This document shows positions 24,353 to 32,000 of a DNA stretch of 32,000 bases, piece after piece. A program made the translations under genes and the position numbers. The stretch comes from Geotalea uraniireducens Rf4 (GTDB lineage Bacteria; Desulfobacterota; Desulfuromonadia; Geobacterales; Geobacteraceae): NCBI RefSeq assembly GCF_000016745.1, contig NC_009483.1, positions 2,370,001 to 2,402,000 on the forward strand. The letters run 5' to 3'. Each line of letters opens with the position of its first letter. Position 1 is the stretch's first letter. The notes under the pieces were generated by a model. The model was not told where the DNA came from. It worked only from the letters and a program-made list of their open reading frames with translations, and did no database searches.

Positions 24353-25914
24353 TACAGTAACTCCAGGCGCTTGAGAATATCGTCGACATTATCCAACAAT
24401 GGGCCGGAAGTATCAATGGGAATTATATTCCCTTCATTCGCCTCCACCGGTTCGAACTCTTTTTTCTGCTTATGAAACAATTTCCACCTTCCATCTGAAA
24501 TTGCCGCGGGTTTGTTCATGCGATCGTCGAGCCGCTGTTTTATGATTTTATCAGGACAACTCGTCAGGATGATGATAACGGGTGCGCCCAATTTTTCAGC
24601 CAGGCTGCGGAAGCGTGCGCGGTCGCCCTTACGGCGGAACGTCGCGTCTACAACAATGCTCTGTCCGGCGATAAGCGACTTTTCACTGCGGTTTAACAGC
24701 TCTTCGTAGGTTGCCTCGTTGAAAGCAGGGGTATATATTCCTTGCCCGTAATTGCTGCGGTCGTGTGAATAGACAGGCAATCCGCTGATTTCCTTTCGCA
24801 CCGCATCAGCTGCAACAGTGCCTATCCCGAGTTCGAAGGCCATAGCGGAAGCTATGGCACTCTTGCCGCTCCCCATGAGACCGCAGGTAATAATCAGGCT
24901 TGGGGTAAGTCGGCGGCGCAGGATGTAGCCCCTTGCCAGCCGGAAATAGAGCTTGGCTTTTCCCCTGGCGCCTTCTTTTTCTTCCTCCGTTATATTCGGG
25001 TCATTCAGCCTGAAACTTTCCACCTTCCCCCTGACAACAGCGCGGTAGGTTTTGTAAAAGTCGAGCAGTGCCGGAAGTTCCCGGTCGCCGGTTGCCTCCT
25101 GGTATTCATCGAGCAGGATTGAGGAAAACGAACTTTTTCCATGGTAGTCCAGGTCCATGAGCAAAAAGGCAATGTCGGCGGCAGTGTCGCTGTAACGGAA
25201 GCGTTTGTTGAACTCGATGCAGTCGAAGACATACACTTTGTCGGTCAGGCAGATATTCTCCGAGTGTATATCGCCGTCACACTCCCGGATGAACCCCTTT
25301 GTCACCCTCTCGGCAAAGAGTGACCGGTTTTGACTGATAAAATCCTTAACCCATTCCCTGATAATCCGCAGGTCTTTTTTTGAAAGTGAGATACCAATGA
25401 ATTCGGTCAGTTGCTGAAAATTTTCCTCCCAGTTGCGACTGATATTTTCAACGCTCCCATAGCCGTCTATTTCCTCGCTGCGTCCGGCTATACGATGAAA
25501 TTCGGCAATGGTGCGGGCAATCCGTCGCATATCCTCATCAGTAACCTTTTCTTCAGCCAAGAGCCTGTGAAGCATCCTTTCCTCGGGAAGCCGTTTCATC
25601 TTCACTGCGTAATCGATAATCCTGCCTTCTCCGTCGATTACTATTCCAGCCGGAGATTCCCGGACTTCCACCACTCCCAGATAGATGTCGGCGCAGAGTC
25701 GGCGGTTCAGTCGCACCTCTTCATCGCAGTAAAAGCGGCGTCGATCGAGGGTTGTGAAGTTGAGAAAACCGAAGTCCACCGGTTTTTTAATCTTGTAAAC
25801 GAAATTATCGGTAATGAAGAGAAAAGATATATGTGTTTGCAGAAGATGGACGGAGGTGGTGCTTTCCGGGTAGGCGCGCGTATTAAGTAATGATTTTATC
25901 AACATCTGGGCCAT
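24352..25914 (-). CDS. Bifunctional APH-like phosphotransferase / P-loop (AAA_33-type) kinase fusion
   Basis: 520 aa. The N-terminal ~330 aa has a kinase-fold catalytic loop (DGDIHSENICL) and a DxxE-like motif (VFDCIEF). The C-terminal ~180 aa has a Walker A motif (CGLMGSGKSAIA). Confidence 0.8.
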   Translation of the reverse strand: MAQMLIKSLLNTRAYPESTTSVHLLQTHISFLFITDNFVYKIKKPVDFGFLNFTTLDRRRFYCDEEVRLNRRLCADIYLGVVEVRESPAGIVIDGEGRIIDYAVKMKRLPEERMLHRLLAEEKVTDEDMRRIARTIAEFHRIAGRSEEIDGYGSVENISRNWEENFQQLTEFIGISLSKKDLRIIREWVKDFISQNRSLFAERVTKGFIRECDGDIHSENICLTDKVYVFDCIEFNKRFRYSDTAADIAFLLMDLDYHGKSSFSSILLDEYQEATGDRELPALLDFYKTYRAVVRGKVESFRLNDPNITEEEKEGARGKAKLYFRLARGYILRRRLTPSLIITCGLMGSGKSAIASAMAFELGIGTVAADAVRKEISGLPVYSHDRSNYGQGIYTPAFNEATYEELLNRSEKSLIAGQSIVVDATFRRKGDRARFRSLAEKLGAPVIIILTSCPDKIIKQRLDDRMNKPAAISDGRWKLFHKQKKEFEPVEANEGNIIPIDTSGPLLDNVDDILKRLELL

Positions 25915-26174
25915 GGCCTGTCCTTAACGCCGTGATATTACTTGAAAATATTATCACACTCAGTAGTCGGCGCAACCCGGAAAAAATTATAAAGTTTGTT
26001 TGACGGTCGTACCTATTTATGTTAGCTTTTCATATGGTTGATCGTACCAACCGGCGTAGTTTTATAGAACAGTCTGACAATGCTGAACACATAATTAAAC
26101 AAAGAACCTGGCTCAAGTAGTAAATTGGCCGCCCATCTACCATATCAAAAGGCTATTGATTTATCGGGTAATTC

Positions 26175-27896
26175 ATGAAAAAGAAGTATTGTGTTGTCAA
26201 CCTCTGGTTCTTTGTGGTTCTCTCAGGATGCGCGACCGGCCATGTAGCCGAGCCGCCTCTTCTTCAGGCTCAAGCCCTCCATCCCGACGTTAATATCGCT
26301 GAATCACGCTCCATGTATATCTATTCGCTCTCCCGTATCCATGTTCTGGAAGGTGATTTCGATGGGGCTTTATCCCTCCTCCAGGCGGCGGTTGAGGCAG
26401 ATCCCAAATCCGCTTTTCTTCGCAAATCCATTGCTCAGGTCTATTTACAGATGAACAGGTTCCAGGACGCGCTGGAATCTTGTCAAACCGCCATCAAACT
26501 TGATCCCGGCTTTGTCGAGGCACAGATCCTGGCAGGAAATATTCTGGTCGGTCTGCAGCGGGATAAAGAGGCCATTCCTTACTACAAAAAGGCCCTTGAA
26601 ATTGACCCGTCCAAGGAAGACATCTACCTCCACCTGGCCATCGCCTACGTGAAGGGGTTTGAATACGAGGAGGCTGTCAACACCCTTAAGGTGCTTCTCA
26701 AGGTCAATCCCGATTCCGCCATCGGTTATTACTATCTGGGGAAGACTTACGATCAGATGAAGCTTTCCAAGGATGCCGCCAACTACTATAAAAAGGCGGT
26801 GGAGCTGAAGCCGGATTTTGAGCAGGCTATCATTGATCTGGGGATTTCCCAGGAAATGCAGGGGCTCGCCGGTGAGGCAATTAATACCTACAATGAATTG
26901 TTGCGGATCAATCCGGTTAATTACAATGTCATTCAACATCTGGTTCAGCTGTATATCCAGCAGAAGCGCCTTAATGACGCCCTTACGTTGTTGAAAAATA
27001 TGGCCGACAGCGGTATCGGCGGACAGGAAACACACCGTAAGATCGGCCTCATTTATCTGGAGATGGAGCGTTACGACGACGCAATCAAGGAATTTACCGA
27101 GATACTCGGGCAGGAGCCGGACGCTCAGCAGGTTCGATATTATCTGGCATCCACTTATGAGGAGATGGAAGATTTCGACCGTGCCATCGAAGAATTCAAG
27201 AAGATCCCCCCGTCATCAGCCCATTATTTTGATGCTTTGGGACATCTCGGCTTCCTTTATAAGGAAAACGGAGAGCCGGAGAAGGGGATTGCACTTCTTA
27301 AGGAAGCAATCACCAACCAGCCGAATCGAATCGAACTTTATCTGAATCTTGCCGGACTCTATGAATCGATGGATCAATTTGCCGAGGGGCTCCGGGTGTT
27401 GACGGATGTGGAAGGGAATTTCCCCAATGATCCTCGGCTGAGCTTCCGCATGGGCGTTCTTTATGACAAGATGGGTAACAAGGACGAATCTATTGCCCGG
27501 ATGAAAAAGGTCATTGCCCTGGCGCCGAACGATGCGCAGGCATTGAACTATCTCGGCTATACCTACGCAGAGCTTGGCGTCAATCTGGATGAGGCGTTGC
27601 AGTATCTGAACAAGGCCGTTTTGCTCCGCCCGGATGACGGCTTCATTCTGGACAGCCTCGGTTGGGCCTATTACAAAATGAAGCGCTACGACCAGGCGGT
27701 GTTCCATCTGGAACGGGCCGTCCAGCTGGTTGACGAGGACGCCACCATAATTGGTCACCTGGCCGATGCATATTTTGCCAACAGGGAATACCGCAAGGCG
27801 CTTACACGTTATCGCCGCGTCCTGCAGCTGGAGCCTGAGCGCAAGGACATCGCCGAGAAGATAAAGAAGATCATGGCGGAGACCGGTGAAAAATGA
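26175..27896 (+). CDS. TPR-repeat lipoprotein
   Basis: 573 aa. Lipobox VVLSGC is at the N-terminus. More than 10 TPR-like 34-residue repeats are visible (A..Y...G......A...Y.KAL.L.P). The stop overlaps the next start (ATGA at 27893-27896). Confidence 0.85.
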   Translation: MKKKYCVVNLWFFVVLSGCATGHVAEPPLLQAQALHPDVNIAESRSMYIYSLSRIHVLEGDFDGALSLLQAAVEADPKSAFLRKSIAQVYLQMNRFQDALESCQTAIKLDPGFVEAQILAGNILVGLQRDKEAIPYYKKALEIDPSKEDIYLHLAIAYVKGFEYEEAVNTLKVLLKVNPDSAIGYYYLGKTYDQMKLSKDAANYYKKAVELKPDFEQAIIDLGISQEMQGLAGEAINTYNELLRINPVNYNVIQHLVQLYIQQKRLNDALTLLKNMADSGIGGQETHRKIGLIYLEMERYDDAIKEFTEILGQEPDAQQVRYYLASTYEEMEDFDRAIEEFKKIPPSSAHYFDALGHLGFLYKENGEPEKGIALLKEAITNQPNRIELYLNLAGLYESMDQFAEGLRVLTDVEGNFPNDPRLSFRMGVLYDKMGNKDESIARMKKVIALAPNDAQALNYLGYTYAELGVNLDEALQYLNKAVLLRPDDGFILDSLGWAYYKMKRYDQAVFHLERAVQLVDEDATIIGHLADAYFANREYRKALTRYRRVLQLEPERKDIAEKIKKIMAETGEK

Positions 27897-29515
27897 GGAT
27901 CGGCCACGCAGCCTGTCTCATCTTACTTTCCCTGGTCCTGCTCATTGCAGCCTGTACTGACAAGCAGCCGGTCCGACAGACGGTGCGTGGTCCCGGCAAG
28001 CCTGCTTACGGTGACGCCATCGTTGTCGGCTCCATCGGCGATGCCTCCAACCTGATTCCACTCCTTGCCTCCGACACTCCTTCCTTTGAAATCGCCGGTT
28101 ATGTTTATAACGGCCTGGTGAAATACGACAAGGACCTGAACCTGGTCGGCGACCTGGCCGAGTCGTGGGACATCTCGAAGGACGGTCTGACCATCACTTT
28201 CCACCTGCGCAAGGGAGTCAAATGGCACGACGGCGTGGAATTCACCTCCGCCGACGTCCTTTACACCTACCGCGTCACCATTGATCCGAAGACCCCCACG
28301 GCCTATTCCGAAGATTTCAAGCAGGTGAAGAGAGCTGAAGCGCCGGACCGCTACACGTTCAGCGTTACCTACGGCAAGCCGTTCGCCCCGGCCCTGGCAT
28401 CCTGGGGAATGAACATTCTACCCGCCCACCTCCTGGAAGGAAAAGACATCACCAAGAGCGAGCTGGCCCGCAGGCCGGTCGGCACCGGCCCGTACCGCTT
28501 CAAGGAGTGGGTTGCGGGGCAGAAGATCGTACTTGATGCGTACAAGGACTACTTCGAGGGGGAGCCGTACATCGGTCGTTACGTGTACCGCATCATCCCC
28601 GATAACTCCACCATGTATATGGAACTGAAGGCGGGCGGGCTGGACATGATGGGGCTGACCCCGGTCCAGTATCAGCGCCAGACCGGCACGCCGGATTTCA
28701 AGGCGCGTTTCAACAAATACCGCTACCCCGCTTCTGCCTATACCTATCTCGGCTACAACCTGCGAAACCCCATGTTTGCCGACAAGCGGGTGCGCCAGGC
28801 CATTACATCGGCTATCAACAAGGACGAGATCATCCACGGCGTGCTGTTCGGTATGGGACAGGTCGCTCACGGCCCTTATAAGCCGGGGACATGGGCCTGC
28901 AACCCACATATCAAGGATTTCGACTATAACCCCGCCCTGGCGAAACAGCTCCTGACCGAAGCGGGCTGGAGGCAGGTGAACAGCGACGGAGTGCTGGTAA
29001 AGGACGGCAAGCCTTTCACCTTTACCATTCTCACCAACCAGGGGAACGACCAGCGTCTGAAAACCGCCCAGATAATCCAGCGCCGCCTGAAAAATGTCGG
29101 TATCGATGTGAAGATCCGGGTCCTCGAATTTGCGTCCCTCTTGACCAATTTTATCGACAAGGGGAACTTCGACGCGCTGATCATGGGGTGGACCATCACC
29201 CAGGACCCAGACATCTTCGACGTCTGGCATTCCAGCAAGACCGGACCGAAAGAGCTGAATTTCATCGGCTTCAAGAACAAAGAGGTGGACCGGCTGATAG
29301 AGGAGGGGCGCAGCACCTTCGATGTGGAAAAGCGGAAACGTTGCTACTACCGCATCCAGGAGATCCTTGCGGACGAGCAGCCCTACACCTTCTTGTATGT
29401 GCCGGATTCGCTGCCGGTGGTGAGCTCCCGCTTCCGCGGCATTGAGCCGGCCCCGGCAGGGATCACGTACAACTTCATCAAGTGGTATGTCCCCAAAGAG
29501 GAACAGGTGTACTAA
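27893..29515 (+). CDS. ABC transporter substrate-binding lipoprotein, family 5 (peptide/nickel type)
   Basis: 540 aa with lipobox LLIAAC. Family-5 blocks are present: LVKYDKDLNLVGDLAESWDISKDGLTITFHLRKGVKWHDG and TGPYRFKEWVAGQKIVL. Confidence 0.9.
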   Translation: MRIGHAACLILLSLVLLIAACTDKQPVRQTVRGPGKPAYGDAIVVGSIGDASNLIPLLASDTPSFEIAGYVYNGLVKYDKDLNLVGDLAESWDISKDGLTITFHLRKGVKWHDGVEFTSADVLYTYRVTIDPKTPTAYSEDFKQVKRAEAPDRYTFSVTYGKPFAPALASWGMNILPAHLLEGKDITKSELARRPVGTGPYRFKEWVAGQKIVLDAYKDYFEGEPYIGRYVYRIIPDNSTMYMELKAGGLDMMGLTPVQYQRQTGTPDFKARFNKYRYPASAYTYLGYNLRNPMFADKRVRQAITSAINKDEIIHGVLFGMGQVAHGPYKPGTWACNPHIKDFDYNPALAKQLLTEAGWRQVNSDGVLVKDGKPFTFTILTNQGNDQRLKTAQIIQRRLKNVGIDVKIRVLEFASLLTNFIDKGNFDALIMGWTITQDPDIFDVWHSSKTGPKELNFIGFKNKEVDRLIEEGRSTFDVEKRKRCYYRIQEILADEQPYTFLYVPDSLPVVSSRFRGIEPAPAGITYNFIKWYVPKEEQVY

Positions 29516-30493
29516 ATGCTTGGCTACCTGATAAAACGGCTCTTGATGCTGGTTCCGCTGTTTCTCGGGATCACCCTCATCACCTTTACGGTGATCCATC
29601 TGGCCCCCGGCGAACCGGTCGAGATGCAGACTGCAATGAACCCCAAGATATCCGCCCAGACGAGGCAGAAGCTGCGGGAATACTACGGCCTGGACAAACC
29701 GCTCCACGTCCAGTACGGAAGATGGCTGACACGCCTGTCAAAACTTGATTTCGGCCGCTCCTTTGCGTCTGATAATCGGCCGGTCATCGATAAAATCAAG
29801 GAACGCATTCCGGTCACCCTGTCGCTGAACATCATTGCCCTGGTTCTGGAATTCGGCCTGGCCATACCGATCGGCATCCTCGCAGCCACCCACCGGGAGA
29901 CCTTACTGGACAAAGGGATTACGATCTTCGTCTTTCTCGGCTTTGCCGTGCCGACCTTCTGGCTGGCGCTTCTACTCATGTACCTCTTCGGGGTCAAGCT
30001 CGGCTGGCTTCCCATTTCCGGCCTCCATTCGCTCGGTAGCGAGGGTTTCACCCCAGTCCACAGGCTTCTGGACATTGGTAGACACCTGTTTCTTCCCATT
30101 GCCGTTGCCACCTTCGGCAGCCTCGCCGGACTTTCACGCTATATGCGCGCCAACATGCTGGAGGTGCTCGGGCAGGATTACATAACGACGGCCCGGGCCA
30201 AGGGTCTTGCGGAAAGGGCGGTCATCTACCGTCATGCGCTGAAGAACGCACTGCTGCCGGTCATCACCCTCCTTGGCTTTTCACTTCCGGGACTGATAGG
30301 GGGGAGTGTGATCTTCGAGACCATATTTGCCATTCCCGGGATGGGTCAGCTCTTCTACATGGGGGTGATGGCGAGGGATTATCCGCTGGTGATGGGTATT
30401 CTCGTGATCGGCGCATTCCTCACCCTGGTGGGAAATCTGCTGGCGGATCTCTGTTATGCCTTGGCTGACCCCCGTATTCGCCACGGCGGGTAA
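29516..30493 (+). CDS. ABC transporter permease (DppB/OppB-like)
   Basis: 325 aa. The N-terminus [34 protein letters not shown] is typical. The EAA-type loop reads [30 protein letters not shown]. The start abuts the SBP stop. Confidence 0.92.
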   Translation: MLGYLIKRLLMLVPLFLGITLITFTVIHLAPGEPVEMQTAMNPKISAQTRQKLREYYGLDKPLHVQYGRWLTRLSKLDFGRSFASDNRPVIDKIKERIPVTLSLNIIALVLEFGLAIPIGILAATHRETLLDKGITIFVFLGFAVPTFWLALLLMYLFGVKLGWLPISGLHSLGSEGFTPVHRLLDIGRHLFLPIAVATFGSLAGLSRYMRANMLEVLGQDYITTARAKGLAERAVIYRHALKNALLPVITLLGFSLPGLIGGSVIFETIFAIPGMGQLFYMGVMARDYPLVMGILVIGAFLTLVGNLLADLCYALADPRIRHGG

Positions 30494-30526
30494 ACTCGAG
30501 GTTTTATCCTATAAAAAGCATTTTAG

Positions 30527-30643
30527 CCACGAATTTTCACGAATTTGCACGAATTTACAAGCTCTTGTGATTCACCAGGTCGGTGACTACTTAAAACTTT
30601 ACAAGGGGTTAAAAACATTCGTGTTTATTCGTGTCATTCGGTA
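30527..30643. repeat. Phased heptamer element: 3 direct CACGAAT copies and 3 inverted ATTCGTG-type copies, each set at 10-nt spacing
   Basis: CACGAAT occurs at 30528, 30538 and 30548. ATTCGTG occurs at 30617 and 30627, and ATTCGGT at 30637. The arms are separated by ~62 nt. Confidence 0.85.
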
Positions 30644-32000
30644 CGCCAGGCCAAGCCTGGCTGATCTATCTGACTGAAAAGTGTCAGACATGTAAATTGC
30701 TCGTTCACCATGTAGTCGCGGTCTGTCACGAGAGGGTAACCAAACGTGGGGAGTAAGACCGGTTCTTTGTAAGAAAAGAGCGAAGGGTACGATAACTACC
30801 CTGACGACGAAGACGCGAGCCCAGCGCAAGCGAACCCGTTTCGGCCTCGTTACACGTAGTTGACAGTGGCCAACCTTCCGAATGTGGTGAAGCCTGCCAC
30901 CCACCGGTGATAAACGAGCGAAAGAACCGGTGGGACTGTCCGGGGTGATTGGGGAGGGCGCGTGTCGAAAGATCAGCCGAGGAACCTGGGAGGTCCGACG
31001 TAATTCCCAAAGCGAAAGGGTTTCGCCGAAGGGAGAACGCCGACGGGGAATCAATAACCCGCCAAGCGTGTACGGTCGGAATTCGGAGCGGCCCATAGTA
31101 GCCGGGAAGCGGGGTAATGCCCGTGGAGCCAAGGGGCCGTACTTCAGTCATGTTTACACGGAAAGAGAGGAGACCCGCTTGAGCGACAGACGCTCCATAA
31201 CGGAATGGATGGCCGAAGGATTCGAACCTGAACCCGGACTGCCGGTAAAAGTCTCCCTTCTGCGGTGGAAACTGAGCAGCAAGGCCAAACGAGAACCGCA
31301 GTTCCGGTTCTATGCCCTTTACGACCGAATCCATCGTCGTGATGTACTTGAAACGGCGTGGTTGCGAGTAAAGGCGAACAAGGGCGCGCCGGGAGTCGAT
31401 GGTGTCAGCATTGAATCCATCGAGGTGCGGGCAGACGGAATATCCGGCTATCTTGACGAAATTCAAGAAAGCCTGAGAACCAAAAACTACAAACCATCCC
31501 CGGTGCGTCGCGTCTACATCACCAAGCCCAACGGCAAACTGCGCCCGCTCGGCATACCGTGCGTGCGGGACAGAATTGTACAGGCAGCCGTACTCCTTAT
31601 CCTCGAACCGATATTTGAGGTGGACTTTCTCGACTGCTCCCATGGATTTCGTCCCAAAAGGCGTCCCCATGGAGCCCTCGACCAAGTCGGTAATAACCTC
31701 CAACTCGGACGGCAGGAAGTGTATGACGCGGATCTTTCGAGCTACTTTGACAGCATCCCCCACGAGCACCTGATAGTAGAACTTGAGCGGCGCATAGCCG
31801 ACCGGAGTGTCCTCAAACTGATCCGGCAATGGCTTCACAGTCCGGTAGTAGAAGAAGACGGCAGCATCAGCCGTCCCAAACAAGGGACGCCACAAGGCGG
31901 GGTAATATCTCCCCTTCTTGCCAACATCTACCTTCACCGGCTCGACCGGGCCTTTCACGAAGAAGCAGACAGCCCCTACCACTTCGCCAGAGCGCGCATG
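30641..32000 (+). mobile_element. Group II intron, 5' part (3' end outside the window; 5' boundary uncertain by about +/-100 nt)
   Basis: The intron-encoded RT ORF (next feature) is preceded by ~540 nt of GC-rich, hairpin-dense non-coding sequence. This is the usual length of ribozyme domains I-III. GTACG at 30641 is the only GUGYG-like pentamer at the expected distance. Confidence 0.75.
31179..32000 (+). CDS. Group II intron reverse transcriptase/maturase (partial, continues past the window end)
   Basis: My own translation of the frame not listed in the track: ...[55 protein letters not shown]...[23 protein letters not shown]...[14 protein letters not shown]...[16 protein letters not shown]...[25 protein letters not shown] lies 7 nt before TTG 31179; ATG 31209 is an alternative start. 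Confidence 0.9.
   Translation, partial: MSDRRSITEWMAEGFEPEPGLPVKVSLLRWKLSSKAKREPQFRFYALYDRIHRRDVLETAWLRVKANKGAPGVDGVSIESIEVRADGISGYLDEIQESLRTKNYKPSPVRRVYITKPNGKLRPLGIPCVRDRIVQAAVLLILEPIFEVDFLDCSHGFRPKRRPHGALDQVGNNLQLGRQEVYDADLSSYFDSIPHEHLIVELERRIADRSVLKLIRQWLHSPVVEEDGSISRPKQGTPQGGVISPLLANIYLHRLDRAFHEEADSPYHFARARM

Noticed and set aside
25932-25957. Inverted repeat GTGATA-N14-TATCAC just upstream of the APH/P-loop kinase gene, a possible operator
   Set aside because: The arms are only 6 bp in an AT-rich spacer. This is within chance expectation without comparative evidence.
28418-29707. 429-aa minus-strand ORF
   Set aside because: It is antisense to the family-5 SBP and permease genes, both of which have clear family motifs. 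It is a typical GC-rich shadow frame.
30456-30677. 73-aa plus-strand ORF spanning the end of the permease gene and the heptamer array
   Set aside because: Its sequence (HEFSRICTN...FVFIRVIR) is simply the translation of the CACGAAT/ATTCGTG repeats, and it overlaps the permease gene's 3' end.
31215-31232. GGATTCGAACC string resembling a tRNA T-arm
   Set aside because: It lies inside the RT ORF (encoding EGFEPE). There is no acceptor stem, D-arm or anticodon arm around it.
30599-31982. 177-aa and 418-aa minus-strand ORFs at the window end
   Set aside because: They are antisense to the group II intron ribozyme and RT ORF. The plus-strand frame carries all canonical RT motifs, whereas these have none.

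Overview
This is a chromosomal segment. A giant multiheme c-type cytochrome built from the Geobacter-type CxxxxCH...CxxCH module suggests a Geobacter-like (Desulfuromonadales) bacterium, but that assignment is inference only. Gene order: lemA 3' end and two TPM-domain genes with a 25-bp perfect palindromic element between them. Next comes a sigma54-like promoter, a ~1600-aa cytochrome with 36 heme-type motifs, and a ~2070-aa secreted protein with two SBBP-type beta-propellers and ~12 FN3 domains. A 17-codon ORF preceded by a Shine-Dalgarno (SD) site and a terminator follow. Then tlyA, a HIT protein, a DUF4124 protein and a bidirectional terminator. An orphan promoter-to-terminator unit follows, containing only an interrupted ORF. 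On the minus strand there is a sigma70 promoter, an M-box Mg2+ riboswitch with terminator/antiterminator, a free-standing PRC/MgtE_N/CBS protein with no membrane domain, and an Nramp-family transporter carrying the Nramp-related Mg2+ transporter (NRMT) site signature. Then lgt. Also on the minus strand: an APH-like/P-loop kinase fusion, a small 2-TM protein, a sodium:solute-symporter/GAF/PP2C phosphatase fusion, a STAS protein and an anti-sigma-type kinase, with no sigma factor nearby. Then a TPR lipoprotein, a family-5 ABC substrate-binding protein and a permease. The window ends with a phased CACGAAT heptamer element and a group II intron whose RT ORF runs off the edge. I saw no rRNA, tRNA or CRISPR array. 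The best-supported unusual system is the riboswitch-controlled split Mg2+ module at 16073-18986. Next are the cytochrome plus propeller/FN3 gene pair and the transporter-fused PP2C partner-switching cluster. All family calls come from reading motifs by eye and need HMM or covariance-model confirmation.
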